This document shows positions 33,901 through 45,204 of a stretch of 64,000 nucleotides of DNA, piece after piece. The translations under genes and the position numbers were made by a program. Numbering within the stretch: position 1 is the stretch's first letter; each line of letters opens with the position of its first letter. This stretch comes from Macrostomum lignano (lineage: Eukaryota). The notes under the pieces were generated by a model, which ran no database searches, had not been told where the DNA came from, and was given only the letters and a program-made list of their open reading frames with translations. The stretch covers positions 24,311 to 88,310 of the forward strand of contig NIVC01003607.1 in NCBI GenBank assembly GCA_002269645.1, in the 5' to 3' direction.

Positions 33901-34562
33901 GGCCCGGCAACCGGACCTTCCCGTGCAACCAGTGCGGCATCGTGTTCCAGTCCCTGGCTGGCCTGTCCAAGCACACCTTCACCACGCACAAGGTGTACAA
34001 GTGCACCTTCTGCGCCGCCAGCTTCACCCAGCGCTCCAACCTGCAGCGCCACTCGCTCAAGCACGTCGGCTTCAAGCCGTTCGAGTGCCGCTGCTGCCGC
34101 AAGTCCTACTACCGCAAGGACCACCTGGTGCGCCACATCGAGGTGACGCATCCCGGCTTCGACCCCAAGCTGAGCATCGACACCCGGCTGAGCAGCGCCG
34201 AGTGCCTGCAGTACCTGGAGCGCAAGCACGAGAGCCGCGACTACACCTGCCTGAGCGGCGTCGTGCTGTCCGCCGCCACCGCCGCCGCTTCCGCCTCCGA
34301 GGGCGGCATCTCCACCGAAGCCGCCGAGATTGCCGAAGCTGCCGAGGCCCCCGCTGCTGCTGCCGGCGAGGCCACCGCCAGCATGGAGGGCGAAGGCGAG
34401 ACCGAGGAGCTGCTGATGCTCGACGAGGAATTCGACGAGGCCGAGGCGGACGCCGAGTTCGATGAGCCAATGGATGAGGCGGAGGCTGAGGAGGACGCTG
34501 AGATCGACGTTGTGGGCAGCGAGGAGGCGCAGCCGATCCTGCTGGAGCAGGCGGCCGAGTGA
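27994..34562 (+). CDS. C2H2 zinc-finger transcription factor (3 fingers), resembling the flatworm ZFP-1 family
   Basis: Exon 27994-28161 (donor agt|gtaagt, phase 0) joins 33111-34562 (acceptor ctacctgcag, phase 0). Fingers: CNQC..HTFTTH, CTFC..FTQRSNLQRHSLKH, linker VGFKPF, CRCC..YYRKDHLVRHIEVTH (~33924-34151). Acidic C-terminus. The first exon and the family assignment are less certain than the large exon. Confidence 0.82.
29286..29660 (+). repeat. Minisatellite, 20-24-bp unit ccccctctgtagctggcgtggcg (zinc-finger gene intron)
   Basis: Tandem copies. Confidence 0.92.
30801..31065 (+). promoter_or_regulatory. Candidate alternative promoter and non-coding first exon inside the zinc-finger gene intron
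   Basis: tataaa at 30801-30806, GA-repeat tract at ~30872-30896, no ATG downstream, strong donor ccccg|gtgagt after 31065. Confidence 0.4.
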
Positions 34563-35339
34563 TGAAGCCGCTCGGTCCCAGCCTCCCAGTCAGATAGAGT
34601 CGAACATGATTCCATTCGGCGCATTTACACCGCAGGACAGAATTTTATAAACTGCCGATATGTATCGAAAATGGCGAAATTTTGATTGGAACAAAGACTA
34701 TTGGCCGATCTGTCTCACTCAGTACTTAATCATAGTCAGTCGCTCTCAATTCTCGTGTTATTGTAGTTCGCGTACCGCTCAAACAGGTGCTAAATTTGCT
34801 GCATGCTGCTGCTGTCTGTTGTTTAAAAATCATATTTTGTCACATTAATTCTGATTATAAATCATTTTTTACTGCGCATAGAGCCACCCAGTCCCCGCTG
34901 TGTACATACCGCTCACGAAGCTAATAGTGAAACATTTTGCGTTGCTAAACCAGTGCAGATGAGCAACTAATTAATAATTAATATCCTTATTGCGTAATAT
35001 TCACCCGCTGACCTTCAGCTTTTGTTATTCGTTTTTAAACAGAAAGACTATTGTTAATAATAGCGATCTGCGTTTTTACCTGAACTTTGAGCTGCAACCG
35101 GCCCCCAATGTTGTAACCGCTGCCCGCTTCATTATTTAACCAATCAGCTCAGCTTCTGCCGCAGTTTTAACCAAAATTGCTATGATTTCATTGAGCGAGT
35201 GAGCACTGATGAGTTTTACCGCACTGGCCCCCGGGCCGCCTCACTGCGACTTCTTGTCGATAAATAAACCTATTGCTAGCCAACTAATTGCATCCGTGAG
35301 ACTGAACTCTGGCTTCATCTTTTGCAGATTCGCTGTACA

Positions 35340-36930
35340 TTCTAGATGTAGATATGAGTCACTGAACTCTCATTCTAGATGTAGATATGAGTCACTGAAC
35401 TCTCATTCTAGATGTAGATATGAGTCACTGAACTCTCATTCTAGATGTAGATATGAGTCACTGAACTCTCATTCTAGATGTAGATATGAGTCACTGAACT
35501 CTCATTCTAGATGTAGATATGAGTCACTGAACTCTCATTCTAGATGTAGATATGAGTCACTGAACTCTCATTCTAGATGTAGATATGAGTCACTGAACTC
35601 TCATTCTAGATGTAGATATGAGTCACTGAACTCTCATTCTAGATGTAGATATGAGTCACTGAACTCTCATTCTAGATGTAGATATGAGTCACTGAACTCT
35701 CATTCTAGATGTAGATATGAGTCACTGAACTCTCATTCTAGATGTAGATATGAGTCACTGAACTCTCATTCTAGATGTAGATATGAGTCACTGAACTCTC
35801 ATTCTAGATGTAGATATGAGTCACTGAACTCTCATTCTAGATGTAGATATGAGTCACGGAACTCTCATTCTAGATGTAGATATGAGTCACTGAACTCTCA
35901 TTCTAGATGTAGATTTGAGTCACTGAACTCTCATTCTAGATGTAGATATGAGTCACTGAACTCTCATTCTAGATGTAGATATGAGTCACTGAACTCTCAT
36001 TCTAGATGTAGATTTGAGTCACTGAACTCTCATTCTATATGTAGATATGAGTCACTGAACTCTCATTCTAGATGTAGATATGAGTCACTGAACTCTCATT
36101 CTAGATGTAGATATGAGTCACTGAACTCTCATTCTAGATGTAGATATGAGTCACGGAACTCTAGTTCTAGATGTAGATATGAGTCACTGAACTCTCATTC
36201 TAGATGTAGATTTGAGTCACTGAACTCTCATTCTAGATGTAGATATGAGTCACTGAACTCTCATTCTAGATGTAGATATGAGTCACGGAACTCTCATTCT
36301 AGATGTAGATTTGAGTCACTGAACTCTCATTCTATATGTAGATATGAGTCACTGAACTCTCATTCTAGATGTAGATATGAGTCACGGAACTCTCATTCTA
36401 GATGTAGATTTGAGTCACTGAACTCTCATTCTAGATGTAGATATGAGTCACTGAACTCTCATTCTAGATGTAGATATGAGTCACGGAACTCTCATTCTAG
36501 ATGTAGATATGAGTCACTGAACTCTCATTCTAGATGTAAATTTGAGTCACTGAACTCTCATTCTATATGTAGATATGAGTCACTGAACTCTCATTCTAGA
36601 TGTAGATATGAGTCACTGAACTCTCATTCTAGATGTAGATATGAGTCACGGAACTCTCATTCTAGATGTAGATTTGAGTCACTGAACTCTCATTCTAGAT
36701 GTAGATATGAGTCACTGAACTCTCATTCTAGATGTAGATATGAGTCACGGAACTCTCATTCTAGATGTAGATTTGAGTCACTGAACTCTCATTCTAGATG
36801 TAGATATGAGTCACTGAACTCTCATTCTAGATGTAGATATGAGTCACGGAACTCTCATTCTAGATGTAGATTTGAGTCACTGAACTCTCATTCTAGATGT
36901 AGATATGAGTCACGGAACTCTCATTCTAGA
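35340..36930 (+). repeat. Minisatellite, 33-bp unit tctagatgtagatatgagtcactgaactctcat
   Basis: Tandem copies; explains the 574-aa HSRCRYESLNS ORF. Confidence 0.97.
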
Positions 36931-37662
36931 TGAGACACAGAACTCTCACCCTAGATGAGACACAGAACTCTCACCCTAGATGAGACACAGAACTCTCACC
37001 CTAGATGAGACACAGAACTCTCACCCTAGATGAGACACAGAACTCTCACCCTAGATGAGACACAGAACTCTCACCCTAGATGAGACACAGAACTCTCACC
37101 CTAGATGAGACACAGAACTCTCACCCTAGATGAGGCACAGAACTCTCACCCTAGATGAGACACAGAACTCTCACCCTAGATGAGACACAGAACTCTCACC
37201 CTAGATGAGACACAGAACTCTCACCCTAGATGAGACACAGAACTCTCACCCTAGATGAGACACAGAACTCTCACCCTAGATGAGACACAGAACTCTCACC
37301 CTAGATGAGACACAGAACTCTCACCCTAGATGAGACACAGAACTCTCACCCTAGATGAGACACAGAACTCTCACCCTAGATGAGACACAGAACTCTCACC
37401 CTAGATGAGGCACAGAACTCTCACCCTAGATGAGACACAGAACTCTCACCCTAGATGAGACACAGAACTCTCACCCTAGATGAGACACAGAACTCTCACC
37501 CTAGATGAGGCACAGAACTCTCACCCTAGATGAGACACAGAACTCTCACCCTAGATGAGACACAGAACTCTCACCCTAGATGAGACACAGAACTCTCACC
37601 CTAGATGAGGCACAGAACTCTCACCCTAGATGAGACACAGAACTCTCACCCTAGATGAGACA
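36927..37662 (+). repeat. Minisatellite, 25-bp unit ctagatgagacacagaactctcacc, directly abutting the 33-bp array
   Basis: Tandem copies. Confidence 0.96.
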
Positions 37663-38106
37663 GCCAAAATTCACAAAAAATGAACAACTTCAAAAACACG
37701 ACACGGATAATTTTGGTTAAATCAGTCAAATTAGATGAACAAATTAGTGAAATTTATTTAAACAGACAAAATGAAGGCAAACGCAGCAATGACCCAAACA
37801 CACAAGGCATGAAAACTGCGGTACGTATGGAGTGAGTAATAAATGAGTTTATTAATGACTGAAACAAACAAACTGTCCGGGCAGTTATTGGAGCCATAAC
37901 AATTTTCTTGTTCAGTAGGGGCGCAGGAAACTTCGGGGAGAATTTAGAGAGACACAAAGAGAAAACAAACAAGAAAAACAATTCCTAAGGAACAAACAGG
38001 TCACCGACTAAAAGAAGAAGCTAATGCTGAGAGCAGATGACTGGCACATTGGATTCAGTCTTTGTTCAAGTCTTCGTTCTCACTGTTCGACTCCTGCACA
38101 GGCTGC

Positions 38107-41100
38107 TCACAGCTCCTCCTTGCCCGCCGGCAGGTTGGCCTTCAAGAATTTCTCCAGCTGGCCGGAGTCAAAGCCGGATCCGTTGAAGCGAATCGGCGAG
38201 TCCTTGCGGCCGGCCGCGGCCAGCAGCAGCAGCGTGGGCGAGCGCTCGGTCGGGTTGAAGAAGTACGCGCCGGGGGCGTCGTTCAGCGCCGTGTCGAGGT
38301 GCCCGACGGTCAGGCCGGGGAAGGCGGCCTTGGTGGCCGGGCTGGTGGCGAACTCGGACAGCTGAAGGATGGCGTCCGAGCATTCCGGCTTGTCCCGGTC
38401 GCACTGCAGCACCAGGCAGCTCGGCCGGCCGGCAGCGAGCACCTGCGCAGGGAGGTAAGTGGCGGCTTCTGTGAGCTCTGCGTCCCGGCTGGCCTCTCAG
38501 CTCAGCTCTGCTCACATCTCACTCTGGTTGATGGAAATCTCACCCTGGGTGATAGGAATCTCACACTGGGTGGTGGGAAATCTCACCCTGGATGACACAC
38601 CAAAAGCACAGGTGAGACACTGAAATCTCAGGTGAGACGCTGAAATCTCAGATGGGACACGATAATCTCAGATGAGACACAATAATCTCAGATGGGACAC
38701 TGAGATCTCAGATGAGACACGATAATCTCAGATGAGACTGAAATCTCAGATGGGGCACTGAAATCTCAGATGGGGAACGATAATCTCAGATGGGACACTG
38801 AGATCTCAGATGAGACACGATAATCTCAGATGAGACTGAAATCTCAGATGGGGCACTGAAATCTCAGATGGGGAACGATAATCTCAGATAAGACACGATA
38901 ATCTCAGATGACATACGATAATCTCAGATGGGACACGATAACCTCAGATAAGACACTGAAATCTCAGATGACATACGATAATCTCAGATGGGACACGATA
39001 ACCTCAGATGAGACACTGAAATCTCAGATAAGACACTGAAATCTCAGATAAGACATGATAATCTCAGATGACATACGATAATCTCAGATGGGACACGATA
39101 ACCTCAGATGAGACACTGAAATTTCAGATAAGACACTGAAATCTCAGATGACATACGATAATCTCAGATGGGACACGATAACCTCAGATGAGACACTGAA
39201 ATTTCAGATAAGACACTGAAATCTCAGATAAGACATGATAATCTCAGATGACATACGATAAACTCAGATGGACACTGAAATCTCAGATGGGGCACTGAAA
39301 TCTCAGATGGGGCACTGAAATCTCAGATAAGACACGACAATCTCAGACGAGACACTGAAATCTCAGATGAGACACTGCAATCTCACGCCAGCCCTCACCC
39401 AATCATCACCCAGGCACCCACCTGCTCCTGGAAGCTGGCCCCGGTCAGGTACAGCAGCGGTCCGGACTGCGAGGCCCGGGCGGTGGCCGAGCGAACCACG
39501 GGGGTGGCGCGGCCGGCCAGCACGCTGGAGACGAACTCTGCGATCTCGTCAGCATCGAAGCTGTCAAGCTCGGAGGCGAAGCGGCGCTTGTCGGTCCCGT
39601 AGCAGCCGAGGTTCAGGTCCGAGCCGCTGTCCTCGAACCTGGGCGGGGAGATGAGTTGAGACTTTGCTGAGCTGGCCAGCTGAGTCCCAGGGTAACTGAT
39701 CCCGGCCTAATAAATGTGATACTGATCCCAATAAATCTGAGAAATCGATTCCAATAAATCAGGGATATTGATCCCAATAAATCAGGGATATTGATCCCAA
39801 TAAATCAGGGATATTAATCCCAATAAATTTAGAAGATTAAACTAATTGAATAAAAAATCAATCTTTAATCTATTATTTTACAAGCCCTACTCGCTACTCG
39901 CTACTAGAGTAGTGCAACTCGCGCCTCACTTGAATTTCTTGGCCTCGTCCTCCTCCTGCTCATCGTCGGCCATGGCGAACAGCGCCTTGCCGGAGAACCT
40001 GGCGGCCACCTTGGCGAACTTGGAGTGCCACATCCGCGTGGAGGTGCGCAGCTCGCCGGAGAAGTCGACGGTGAGGAAGAACAGGCAGACGGGCAGCTGA
40101 GAGGACAGGTAAGTCTCCTTCGAGCCGAAGTTGTACTGCCCGACAAGCGGCAGCTTGTTGGCTTCGTAGAATTTGAGTAGCTCGGCGCCGCTGCTCTGCG
40201 AGCCCGAGTACTTCACCAGGCTGGCCTCGCCCTCCGCTGTCAGCTTCACCGGCTTGCGCAGGTAAATCTGCCGAGTTTGAGGAAGGTAATGATGAAGCCC
40301 GCTCCCTCAGTGCCTCACTCAGTGTCTGAATCTGCCTCACTCAGTGCCTGAATCTGCCTCACTCAGTGCCTGAATCTGCCTCACTCAGTGCCTGAATCTG
40401 CCTCACTCAGTGCCTGAATCTGCCTCACTCAGTGCCTGAATCTGCCTCACTCAGTGCCTGAATCTGCCTCACTCCAGAGAACAACAGGGCCATCGGCGTC
40501 CGGGCACTCACAGTGTTAATCTGGAGTCCCAGCTGCTTGGCCAGGTCCCCAGATTCAATCAGCGCCCCCTCCACCCGGTTCAGGTGCACGTGGCTGGACT
40601 CGCGCAGGAAGTTGGCCAGAAACTCGGCCGACTCGATGGAGTCAAAGTGGCCAATCAGCAGCGACTCGGTGCCGCTGGCGATGCTGTCCAGCTCGGCCAG
40701 GGACTTGGCCCGAATCACGCTGTCCGGGACCGTGTGCGCCTGGTAGAAGCCGGCCAGGGCCTGACCTGTGGCCTCGTGGATGAAGCGGACCGGCCGCTGA
40801 GAGTCGCGCTTGATGACCAGGTAGGTGGGCAGGCTGGTGGCCTGGGAAGGTGCGAGAGAACACTGATTTTGGCCTTCGATTTGCAGTTATTTCGCGAGTT
40901 ATTTGAAAATGGATACCCATGTGCTAGACAGACGAGTCTGCGACATTTGACTGTCAGTGAAAATTGACTGTCAGTGACATTTGACTATCAGTGACAATTG
41001 ACTGCAGAAAAGCAGTACAAAGGAGACAAGTGCTCACCCCGTACAACTGGGCCAGCTCAGCGTCCTCTCCGGCCACCTCAACATATCCCACAGCCTTGGG

Positions 41101-41986
41101 CTCGCGGCCCATCTTCAGCTGGTCGGCTGCGGCGTCCAGCAGAGCCAGGGTGTCGCTGCGGTCGGCGGAGGCCGGGTCAAAGAAGCCAACAAGCCAGGCG
41201 GACTGCTTGTCCAGCTGCTCGGTCAGGTTGGCCTTGGCCAGCTTATGGAGGCCCTTCAGCACCCGCGGCGGCTTCCAGTCGGGCAGGGCGACTGTCTCCA
41301 TGAACTTCACGATGCCCTCCGTGTCTCTCGGCCCGTTGTAGTCAAAGAACTCGCCAGGGAAAGCCTTCTTGTAGATCTTCATGGTGGGGTAGCCTTGCAC
41401 CTCGTGCTGGGCAGCCAGGGACTCGTGCACAGTGGCGTCCACCTTTGCCAGAGCAATGCCCTTGGCCTTCAGACGGGTAGCAGCGGCAGAGTACTGTGGC
41501 TCCAGCTGCTTGCAGTGACCACACCTGAAAATGAATGATATCATATCATTGTCTCCATCTAAACAGTTTAATTTCTAGAGAAGCAAAGAATAGATGACCT
41601 ACCAAGGTGCATAGAACTCCACAAGTAGGGTCTCCTTCTCATTAACCACTTCTTGAAAATTGTCCTTGCCAAGAACCAGTACATCGCCTTCTTCTTTCAC
41701 TTCAGCCAATGAAGACAAAGCTAAAAAAATTAAATATCTAATATGAAAGACTATCATATGCTCGTATTAAAATATTTCAAAAAGAAAATACAAAAATTTA
41801 TTTGTTTGTTACTTTATAGACTTAATGGTCTAAATTGTTCATTTATTTGGAAAAAAGCGAAAATTAAAAGGAAACTAATTGTTTGATTCTATTGATATTG
41901 ATATGATAAAAATATGATATTAGAAAATAACTGTATTGCTTAAATAACTTACTGCTTAAATAACGAATAATAAAAATAGATTTCAT
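38107..41986 (-). CDS. PDIA4: Protein disulfide isomerase, ERp72/PDIA4-like architecture, 7 exons, C-terminal KEEL
   Basis: Exons (minus strand) 41986-41953, 41720-41603, 41524-41038, 40841-40512, 40267-39930, 39638-39422, 38442-38107, with consistent phases. [18 protein letters not shown]|CGHCK, AKVDAT..VQGYPT, ERp72-type linker PDWKPP, ER-retention KEEL. Exon 1 ([11 protein letters not shown]) is the weakest call. Confidence 0.88.
38615..39385 (+). repeat. Minisatellite, ~20-bp unit tctcagatgagacactgaaa (last PDI intron)
   Basis: Degenerate tandem copies. Confidence 0.92.
40311..40453 (+). repeat. Short array, 22-bp unit gcctcactcagtgcctgaatct (PDI intron)
   Basis: About 6 tandem copies. 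Confidence 0.92.
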
Positions 41987-43049
41987 AAATAAGCTAGGCC
42001 TATTTGAGTTTGAGTTAAAACATTTTTTAAAATCAGTGGCATAACCAGGGCATGGGGACTCAGAAAAAAAGGAGATCAACCATTTTTTAGAAAAATGCAG
42101 ATGCAGGCTAGCACAACTTTTGTCATCTAAGTGGGCTTAAAGTTATGAAACTCCTTTAGCCTTGGGAAGAAAAAGATCCACAATCCTTGAATATTTGACT
42201 GCACCATTGTTTTATTGCTGTTAATGTTTGTCATGACTCATGTTTGAAAAATATCACAAAAGAATAGAAAAATAAAATTAAAGTTTATTTTATTAGAATT
42301 TTACACTTTTACATTTGTTTGCTTGCAATGTAACTTACCAAGAAGGGGGAGCAGGAAAAGTGCAAGGAATATGTCACTTGACTTTCGAAACATTGTTGCT
42401 TGATAGATTTTTTATTTCAAGCTAAATTAAATACAATGAATCAGTAGTAGATAAATTTTCGTTATCCAAAAGTGTGAATTGTTTTAAAGTTTACGAAAAA
42501 GTGCTTTTAAAAAATCTCATAAACGTGTCACGACGCTAACCTACGGTTAATCATATTAACAAATATTTCAGCATAAAAATAGTTCACGCCAACAGAAAAA
42601 GTTCTAACTGAATACTTCAAAATAAAACTTCTAAAGAGATAGGTGAGTTTTGCTTGCAAAAATGTCTACTTCTTCATAGTACAAATTTTAATAATTTCTG
42701 AGAAATAAGTTGCATCGAAAAGTATAGAACTCAAGAAGAAATTGAGTTAGGCCTAGCTTCTCCTTAAAGTTAGAGATTAATGGTGTGTACTTAAAAATGA
42801 GTGCAGGGTACTCCAATATGCAAAAAATTTCTCTCTTGAACTGAACTAAATTATCACATTAGCACAGTAACGGAGGATATAGCCGAAGGCCAAAGTCCAA
42901 AGGTGTAAATTATATGCAAGCAGCCATTTTTTTAACTGGCAAGATCTAAGATGTTATATAGTAATAATTGCAGGAGTGCTGTGGGCACCCTGAAGCAACG
43001 CCTTCGGCGAAATTGTTCCTCACAAATAATTATTATAAAATTAAGTTGA

Positions 43050-44992
43050 TTGATAAAGAAAAAATGTATTCAACTATCCATATGCCAATTAAAAATATTT
43101 AGGCCTACTTGAATTTCATTTAAAAGAGTCTTTCCATTTTTTAATCTTTCAATGGAAATTGTCCATTACATTTACAGTCATTTACAGTCCATGAACTTTC
43201 AAAGCTTCTCTAACAACCTTACTAGCTGTGTTTATAACCTGACACTTGTTGTTGCTGAATAGTAGGCCCCACTAAAGCCTTTTTTATAATTGTTGATAGT
43301 TAGAAAAAATTCTATTCCATAAGTGGTACATATAAAACATCACTTACCTTATGCTATTTCTAACCAGAACTAATATTGATATATAACTAAATGGTTCCCT
43401 TTCTAATGGCTTCAAGCTTATATCCAATATTGAAATGTATTCTAGTACTAAAAAATCTTCAAATTTCTCAAAATTTTTCAAAATTTTTCCAATCATTAGT
43501 CATATGATTCATTGCGCCTGAGTCTACAATCTATGTCTTAGCATTAGACTCATTAGCTATTGATGATATACCTCAAAATAATGCTAGACTTTCAAAATAT
43601 TTTTTCTTTATCTAAAGCTGAACAATCCTTTATATACATGCGCAACCCCCCTGATTTACACTGGCCATGCGACTTACTTTTTGACCAAAAATGCAACTTA
43701 CCTGTAAAAAACCCTAACGCAATTTTGGGTAAACGGCAGGAGTATTTATGACTGTCTTATAAGGGCTAAATGCCTCGTTATCTAATTAGTACTATGTCTG
43801 TATTTTTAGGCTGGACATTTTTGCGACTTACCCCTGGTCCACCACAATTTATGGTGGCCAGATCGGCCAGGTCGGCCAGCAGTTGCGCATGTATGATCCT
43901 TTAAACCTTTTGCCAAGGCATCTGCAATCCTTACCTGATGCCTTCTATTAGATATATTCAAATCCTATGGTTTTGAGTTTGCGCTCAATTCACGTGTCAC
44001 TGAGAGGCTATTCTTGAATTTGTAACATTGTTTCTTTAGGTGACTAGGCTTATTGCAAAAAACATACCTTTGGTCTAGTGCTATTGCTTATTAAACCTAA
44101 CAAAAGCCCTTGAATTGCTGCTAGGTCTATAGCTTTCTTGTTCAAATTGTTTTGACTCTTTATGCAAAAGCTGCTCAATTATAAAATCCATTATCAAGTT
44201 GTCCACTTGCAATTCTAGAGCAGTAATCAACCTATCATATGACTTTGACAAACTATTTATCAAAATTGTGACTTGATAGTCTTTTAGAACATCTGCCCCA
44301 ATAGCCGATAGTCATTTGTAATCTCTTTGAATTGATTAGGCCCCTAACATGCTCTTGCATAGATAGATGAACCTTCTACCATCTTGAGCACTTGTAGTTT
44401 TTAATTGAGAAACAATTTATTTACTAGTAAACTCTGTTCAAATATGCTTAAAGCTAATCCCATGCTTCCTTCAAAGTTTCTGCATCCTCAGTTAGATGAA
44501 TTTGACTATCCACAATAGCCAATACAATAGTTGCTAGGGCTTTATTTGCATACCACTTGAACTGCACTTTGATCTCATTGGTCGCATACTTAGCAAATGT
44601 CTCAGCACTATCAACAACTTCCCAAAGTTCTCACTCCATTAGGATATTCTTTATCTTGATCTTCCAAACAGTGTAGTTGGAACTATCTAACTTCTCAACC
44701 AGTATAGTTTGACTTTGAAAGACATTGTGTCAATCCACCAGCACAACTGACTGCTAAGCTTGAACTTTCTGAAAGATGGTAGAGCCTGACAATCATGCCA
44801 ACTGACACTGTCAGTAAAGCAGCTTGTGGAGGGGCGCAGGGCCCATAACCTATTAAGAAAGTCTTATTTGATTGTAGTAACTCTGCATTTATTGAGAGTT
44901 TTGAGAAAGAGAATGACAGAAGGTTAACATTGAATTTAGCTCTGGTGCAGCTCAAACAAAGCTTAGTTGTACGAGTTAGGAGTGGGAGAACA
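43050..44992 (-). mobile_element. Degenerate, 3'-truncated Ty1/Copia LTR retrotransposon (5' LTR, PBS, gag, protease)
   Basis: LTR 44992-44851 (tgtt...aata, internal aataaa); PBS ggttatgggccc at 44850-44839. Gag EKLDSSNYTVWKIKIK and NSLSKSYDRLITALE (UBN2-like); zinc knuckle CNKPSHLKKQC (~44070-44010, frameshifted); protease IVDSGAMNHMT; SDVLYVPL. Many stops and frameshifts; no RT or 3' LTR seen. Confidence 0.88.
43633..43895. mobile_element. 263-bp hAT-type MITE nested in the Copia remnant
   Basis: TIR tatacatgcgcaac / gttgcgcatgtatg (13/14 identity). Exact 8-bp TSD atccttta at 43625-43632 and 43896-43903. Confidence 0.85.
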
Positions 44993-45204
44993 TAGACATA
45001 AATAAGAATTTTATTCTAGAAAATTCTATAAGGGAAACTGGGATTCACTTACCATTAATAGAGGTGTCTATTTACTATTTTAATGCAAACTATAACTTAT
45101 TAAGATAATATAATATAATTTTAAGATTAAGATAATATTTGATATTTCAGCCTTTTCTTAATCTTAGAGCACAATATATTTTAAGGATTGCAAGGCAATT
45201 CAAA

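Noticed and set aside
35209-36933. 574-aa ORF and the other long repetitive ORFs (6653-7867, 8442-9341, 14552-15325, 22443-23227, 46472-47209, 56706-57556, 60611-62651)
   Set aside because: They are translations of stop-free minisatellite units, often open in several frames or on both strands, and mostly intronic.
42034-42060. cagtggcataaccaggg, a hAT-like left terminus
   Set aside because: No matching right terminus was found.
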